Origin: Sphagnum compactum | Lineage: Eukaryota | Direction: 5' to 3' | Assembly (NCBI GenBank): GCA_965153455.1 | Contig: OZ234493.1 | Coordinates: forward strand, 27,022,213 to 27,086,212 | DNA length: 64,000 nucleotides | Position numbers and translations under genes: made by a program | Shown here: in pieces, positions 58,926 through 64,000 of the stretch | How the letters are laid out: each line of letters opens with the position of its first letter | Numbering within the stretch: the stretch's first letter is position 1 | The notes under the pieces: model-generated | Seen by the model: only the letters and a program-made list of their open reading frames with translations | Database searches by the model: none | Told to the model about the DNA's origin: nothing

Positions 58926-59899
58926 TGTAAGTGATAAAGGAATGCAAAATGGTAAAAAAGGGCCATATAAGTAAGATGAACCTTAAATGCATAGTTTGCA
59001 TTAGTTATACCAAACTTTCTTCAAATTTAAACATGAGTACAATTTTTTTGACAATTCGCAAACGTATGCGAAGGCTAACTCAATGGGAATCAAAAAAAAT
59101 TTTATGAAACACAAATTACTTGTGTACTTTGCATTCTACTTATTTGCGTACTTTGTCATAAAAAATAGACATTTATGCATGCTAGAGTGCACACTTAATA
59201 ATTGCACTTGTGACCCATATATTGTAAAAGAGTGACACTTGATGAATAATAAATGTATTGAATTAAACCCAACCGGTAGTTAGTAAAATAAACAACTCAA
59301 CGTTTTACCTCGAATGGATCCACAAGTAATCCAATACTAAAAGGACCTCCTCTCAACTCTACTACATACGTTACATCATGTTGATCATATCTTATCATTT
59401 TAATGTGCCAAAAAAAAGTTGTTTCACCCAAGAATGGCTACTTATTTCACTCAAGTTTCTCCTTTTTTTCGCAAAATTCTTTCTTGGTGATTGTCATTTT
59501 AATCAGAGTGATTGTTACTCACTTTGACCATAATTTTCGTTTTGATGAAGAACACCATGATTTTGATGAAGAACACGATGGTGTTAAGGTGTTTAAGTAG
59601 ACCTTGAGCTCCCTAGAACCCACAAAATTGGCATGGAATATGGCATGGGTTTGTACGCCCATGGAGGCTCTAGTAGGTGTGAGTTGTTATCTAATCTTGC
59701 TTTCTTGGCTTTCCTTTTGTCCATGGCTACTTTCATATTGTGATGGCATACAACATGTGTAATGCCATTGAAAGGAGCCTTATAGACTATGATTGAAAGA
59801 TGGGTTCAAATTTTGTATGGAGTGCATCACCTTGCTCAACAATATGCTTCATTGACTTGGTTTCATTAAAAAAAAAATCTTTTTATCCAAAAGTCTTTC

Positions 59900-61450
59900 T
59901 CATTGTGCTACTTCTTTGTTTATTTTGTCAAGCATCATTTTTCCCTTGTTAGCAATTTTTTTTTGTTTTTTGCATTTCGATCTTTGGTAGGCGCCTCTTT
60001 CTTGGTCACCTTTTGTTCTAGAGTTGTTAAGGAATGTTTTAAAATCATCATGCTTGACTTTTTGTAATCAATCATAGGTTCTTCATGTGGTTGTCTCCAC
60101 AGTCCAACAACTTTTACCTTGGGAAAAACAAGAAATTGGATGTTTGATGATGGTGGGGTGACTTGCCATGCTTGGTGGTTTTGAGTCCAAAATTTAAAAG
60201 TTCCCAACAAACATTAATCTTGTTTTGGAGCCATCATCCTCATTGTTGTTGAACCCACCTACACCACCACCTTCCAAATCAACAAAATCTCTAAAAATCT
60301 CATGTGTTTGCAAGTCATCTAATACAAACTCTATCTTAGCAACATTACTTGAAACTTTTTAAAAGATGCATCTTACTTGCCATCACATTGGGATTCAATG
60401 GCCATATGTTGGTTGTTGTTTTAAAAATTCAAAAGTTGTGGGGTGTGAAAGTATTCTTGAAGGCCAACAAGACCCATTGCACCAAGTCCTTTTTTAAAAC
60501 CCTCCCCCCTTTTTGGCCCAATGTCTAAACATTTTTGTAGACAAGGAATGTGAACTTGGACGGCTTGAAACATGAAACATCTAACAATTGTAGTATGTGG
60601 GATGTATGTGATGGCAAAATAATTAAGTCCAACTTCATTTTTAAACTTATGTATAGATTACATCCATTATGATGATAGTTATGGCTAGTAAGTGTCTAAT
60701 GTTTGTTGACAAGTTGTTTTTTCATTCTTGCACTACTACAATGAAGTGAAAAATTCATGTGGAAAACAAACTTTTAGTCATCCATGCCTTGGGTTGCATA
60801 AGCACTATAGATTCACTTTCATAATGTTCAGTGTAATTGTGTTTGAATCATTTGCCTTTGTAGGTATAAAAAGGTGCACATTAATCATTGTGCACATTGA
60901 TTCAAGATAATACTATAACTATCCTATTTTTGTTTGGAGTAATGGAATGCACTATCTTCAATCTAGTCATGGCAAGCACAAAGGTGCCACCATTACAATC
61001 AACTTGTGCATCAAATTTGTCACAAGTTCCAAATGTGGTGGGCATCATAGTTGTGTAGATTGTAAGCATACTACATGTTATTTCAAAAGGTTGCCATATT
61101 GCTAAAGCATAATCCCTTTGCGTGGTCAACTTTAAGTGTTTAAAGTACAAATAGTGATAGATCTAGGTTTTGTTTTTTGAAACACCGTAACCAACCCCAA
61201 TCCAAATTCTTTGGAATTTAAATGAATTGTCTTCTTTTATGTAACTTTTGTCACATTAAATTACAATTGTGTCAATGTGATGGGATTCAATATTAGTTGC
61301 ATCTTCTTGATGTAATTTACAAGTGTCGTTTTCTTAACTTTCTCAAACACATTTGATTTACTTTTACATTTGCTCAACACCACCCCATACAAGTGATTCT
61401 TCAAGGAGGTGACTAGGACCCCTAGAAGTGTGTTGCAAACACAAATTTCG
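59900..61450 (-). mobile_element. pogo/Tc1-mariner-like DDE_1 transposase remnant
   Basis: Minus-strand motifs MQPKAWMTKSLFST*IFHF (~60740-60800) and LDLIILPSHTSHILQLLDVSCFKP (~60560-60632) match the DDE_1 (PF03184) LPSHTSHxLQPLD signature; many stops. Boundaries approximate. Confidence 0.75.
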
Positions 61451-62579
61451 AGCCACCTTCAACTATTGTAATGGTGTGTTGCAAATGGGTGCGTTCATTA
61501 CATAAGGAAACAATGTGACCAAAATTGTAATCCTTTTTATTTACAAAGGACTCATGTGGTTTTCAATACCAAATAATTTCTCCAAATTAAGTGGAAATAT
61601 ATATTATATACTAACTTTATCATTCATTTGATAAAAAATATTTTAATGTTATGTTGTTTTTCAATGTGAATATATCTTATGACATTAATTTGGCATGTTG
61701 TGTTCCAAGGTTTTAAAAAATTGATGTTAAAACAACATATGACATGTATTTAGTTATAGAATATTTCTAATTTATAACAATAATAATTGAAATGAAAATT
61801 CATTAATATTTCAACATTGTTTACCAAACCTTAAAACTCACATGATCCTTTTTCAAAGTTATTAGGGGTGCAAGATTAAACAGTGCCAACACAATTTTTG
61901 ATACATTATATCATAAATGTAACCAAATCAACATCATTGTAGTGTGAACTTGAACTTGCCTCATCTTCACTATTTGGAAGCAAGTTGAAATTTGGCATGG
62001 AATTCGTCTTTCAAAGTGTTTGAGTGTGACTTAAAATATTTTGCCCAAAATGTTTGTGGCTACCTTGAATGGGCAAGTTATTATGATTTTCATGTTTCAA
62101 TGTGTATATTGATTTCATTAATTGTGAGATGAAAATGCATTAATCACTTCTTTGAAACCGACTCTTATTATTTTGAAATAAAACGATGTTTTTTTCTTTT
62201 TTGGCATCTACATGTAGCCACCCTTGTAATAATGTGATTAAATGAGATTGAAATGATTAAGCATTCTTTTCATGAGATGTTTGAATACGTATTTTGATTG
62301 ATTTACTTGTGTTTTAAAAAATGCACTAATCACTTTGCTCAAACCAATCGATGAGTTTTTGAAAATAAAATAAATGTTACCTTTAATAATAATAAGATTA
62401 AATGAGCCAAGTAGTTGAAACCCATGTGTAGTTGTGTAAAACATTTGCAACTTTTGGACCAAATGGTTTTCCTTAGGTTATCATTTGGACCCACCTTCCA
62501 AACCTTAATATGTCATTAACAAGGCTAATCATTGTTAGTCTAATTAACACACTATTACCCTAAAACCCTAAACAACTAA

Positions 62580-62793
62580 TGGTGCATTCACACTTGATGT
62601 TAAATCAATGTTAAATGAAAATCTAGGTGGCAACCTAGATGGCACCCAATGTTAAATGGGCCATAGCTTAATGTTAAGTGAATGTTAAGCTTAACATACA
62701 AATTTCATGGTAACTAGGTTTAAGTCCTAAATGGGTAGCATGGTGGTAGGGGACTCAACCTTAGAGTCCCTAACACCAAGTGTGAATGCACCT
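62580..62793 (+). mobile_element. Intact Tourist-like MITE, 214 bp, TAA target-site duplication
   Basis: TAA|TGGTGCATTCACACTTG...CAAGTGTGAATGCACCT|TAA. Confidence 0.9.
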
Positions 62794-63569
62794 TAAGAAG
62801 ATGACGCTTTAACATGCAAAAATAAATAAATGTCCATTTTAGGGAGTTGACACTTTGAGGTTCATCTACCTTATTATTTAAATAAATAAATAAATAAATA
62901 CCTTATTTGTGAAAGGATATCAAGAGAATTTTTTTTTTTGGGAAAACTTCGTATTGATATATTTCTAAGGCAATTTCATGTGGCATACAATTAAATTGGA
63001 AAAAATAAAAATAAAACCATCATCCTTATGATGAACCAAGAACAATAATAGGTTCCAACATGTCGCCATAACATAGGAGGATTCTTAGGAAAGAAAAGGA
63101 AAAAAAAGTAGGAAAATTTGGCTAATTCCTCTTTTTGATGATCACCTGAATAGCCGCATCAAAAAAATTGAAAATTTTTAAAAAAATTTAAAAATAATAA
63201 TAATAATAGTAACAATTGCCAAGGAGTAGCCTAGTAGACTGAGGGGAAAAACAAGAATAAAAAGAAAAAAGGGCACTTCTTAGTAGAGAATTAGCACAAT
63301 AATAGATAGCAACAAAATGAAAGAAAATCCAGCCAAAACAAAAAAAAAAAATGGCTTTTAAAAAAAAATGGCACCAACAAAATTCTTGTTTTGGTTTTTA
63401 GGGTTTGGTGCTTATTAGGGTTTGGCGCTCTGTAAGAATTGATGTTGTTGGGGATTTGCTTTGCTTTTGTGTGAATTGGGTGTTTGTATTTTGTGGGTGG
63501 GTGAGTTGGTTCTTTGTGTGTTTGTTGTGGGAAGGGGAGACGTGTTGTTTTGTTTTGTTTGCATGTAAG

Positions 63570-64000
63570 ATGAGCGGGAACAAGGAAGCGCCCAGAATAC
63601 TCTTGTGTGGAGACGTCAACGGACATCTGCATGCTCTTTATAAGCGTGTGCTCGCAGTTTAGTGTCTTTTCTTTCTTTGGATTATTGCTTTCGGAAAGGG
63701 ATGTTTGTGGGTTCACATGGAGCTGATGACATGCTTCTTACAGTTGTTTGTTTGTCCCCAAACAAAGAAGAAAATGAGAAAGAAAAATCAGCTGACGTTG
63801 TGGAGTTTTTTGGTCGTGCCCCCACCCAACAGGTGAATAAGAGCAATGGTCCCTTTGATGCGCTGCTGTGCGTGGGCCAATTCTTTCCTGAAACGCCTGA
63901 CGGAATGGATGAAATGGAAACCTATTTTACACTGGCCAAGCCAATCCCACTTCCCACTTATTTCATAGGGGACTATGGAGAAGGAGCCGCTGCCCTTTTG
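63570..64000 (+). CDS. CWF19-like protein 1 / CwfJ-like CCCH zinc-finger protein, 5' part; exons 63570-63656 and 63833 to window end
   Basis: MSGNKEAPRILLCGDVNGHLHALYKRVLA|VNKSNGPFDALLCVGQFFP...PIPLPTYFIGDYG is the N-terminal metallophosphatase-like domain of CWF19L1/DRN1 and plant C3H64-type proteins; phase-0 GT-AG intron. Confidence 0.9.

Overview
AT-rich eukaryotic (land-plant) nuclear DNA. The tubulin sequences, gene families and decayed repeats look like a moss, possibly Sphagnum (inference). Seven protein-coding loci are supported. (1) An intronless, divergent IQD-like gene (10754-12355 +). (2-4) Three intact 3-exon beta-tubulin genes (17926-19705 +, 24902-26610 -, 39976-41703 +); the last two are head-to-head and encode identical proteins. 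(5) A 4-TM tetraspanin-like gene (48023-48903 +). (6) A type-I membrane protein with an SPn extensin stalk and a cadherin-like beta-sandwich (54148-56328 +). (7) The 5' end of a CWF19-like/CwfJ gene (63570 to window end, +). Intergenic DNA holds decayed hAT, CACTA and pogo-like transposons, Tourist-like MITEs (two nested insertions with target-site duplications) and many local tandem arrays. Most notable: the extensin-cadherin-like surface protein; a ~165-bp array with 13 AAATCTA-N9/10-TAGATTT palindromes directly upstream of the first tubulin; a different 52-bp CATCCA array upstream of the other two; a gene-conversion-like identity pattern between the inverted tubulin copies; and a 90-nt near-perfect hairpin. 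All alignments were done by eye and no database searches were run.
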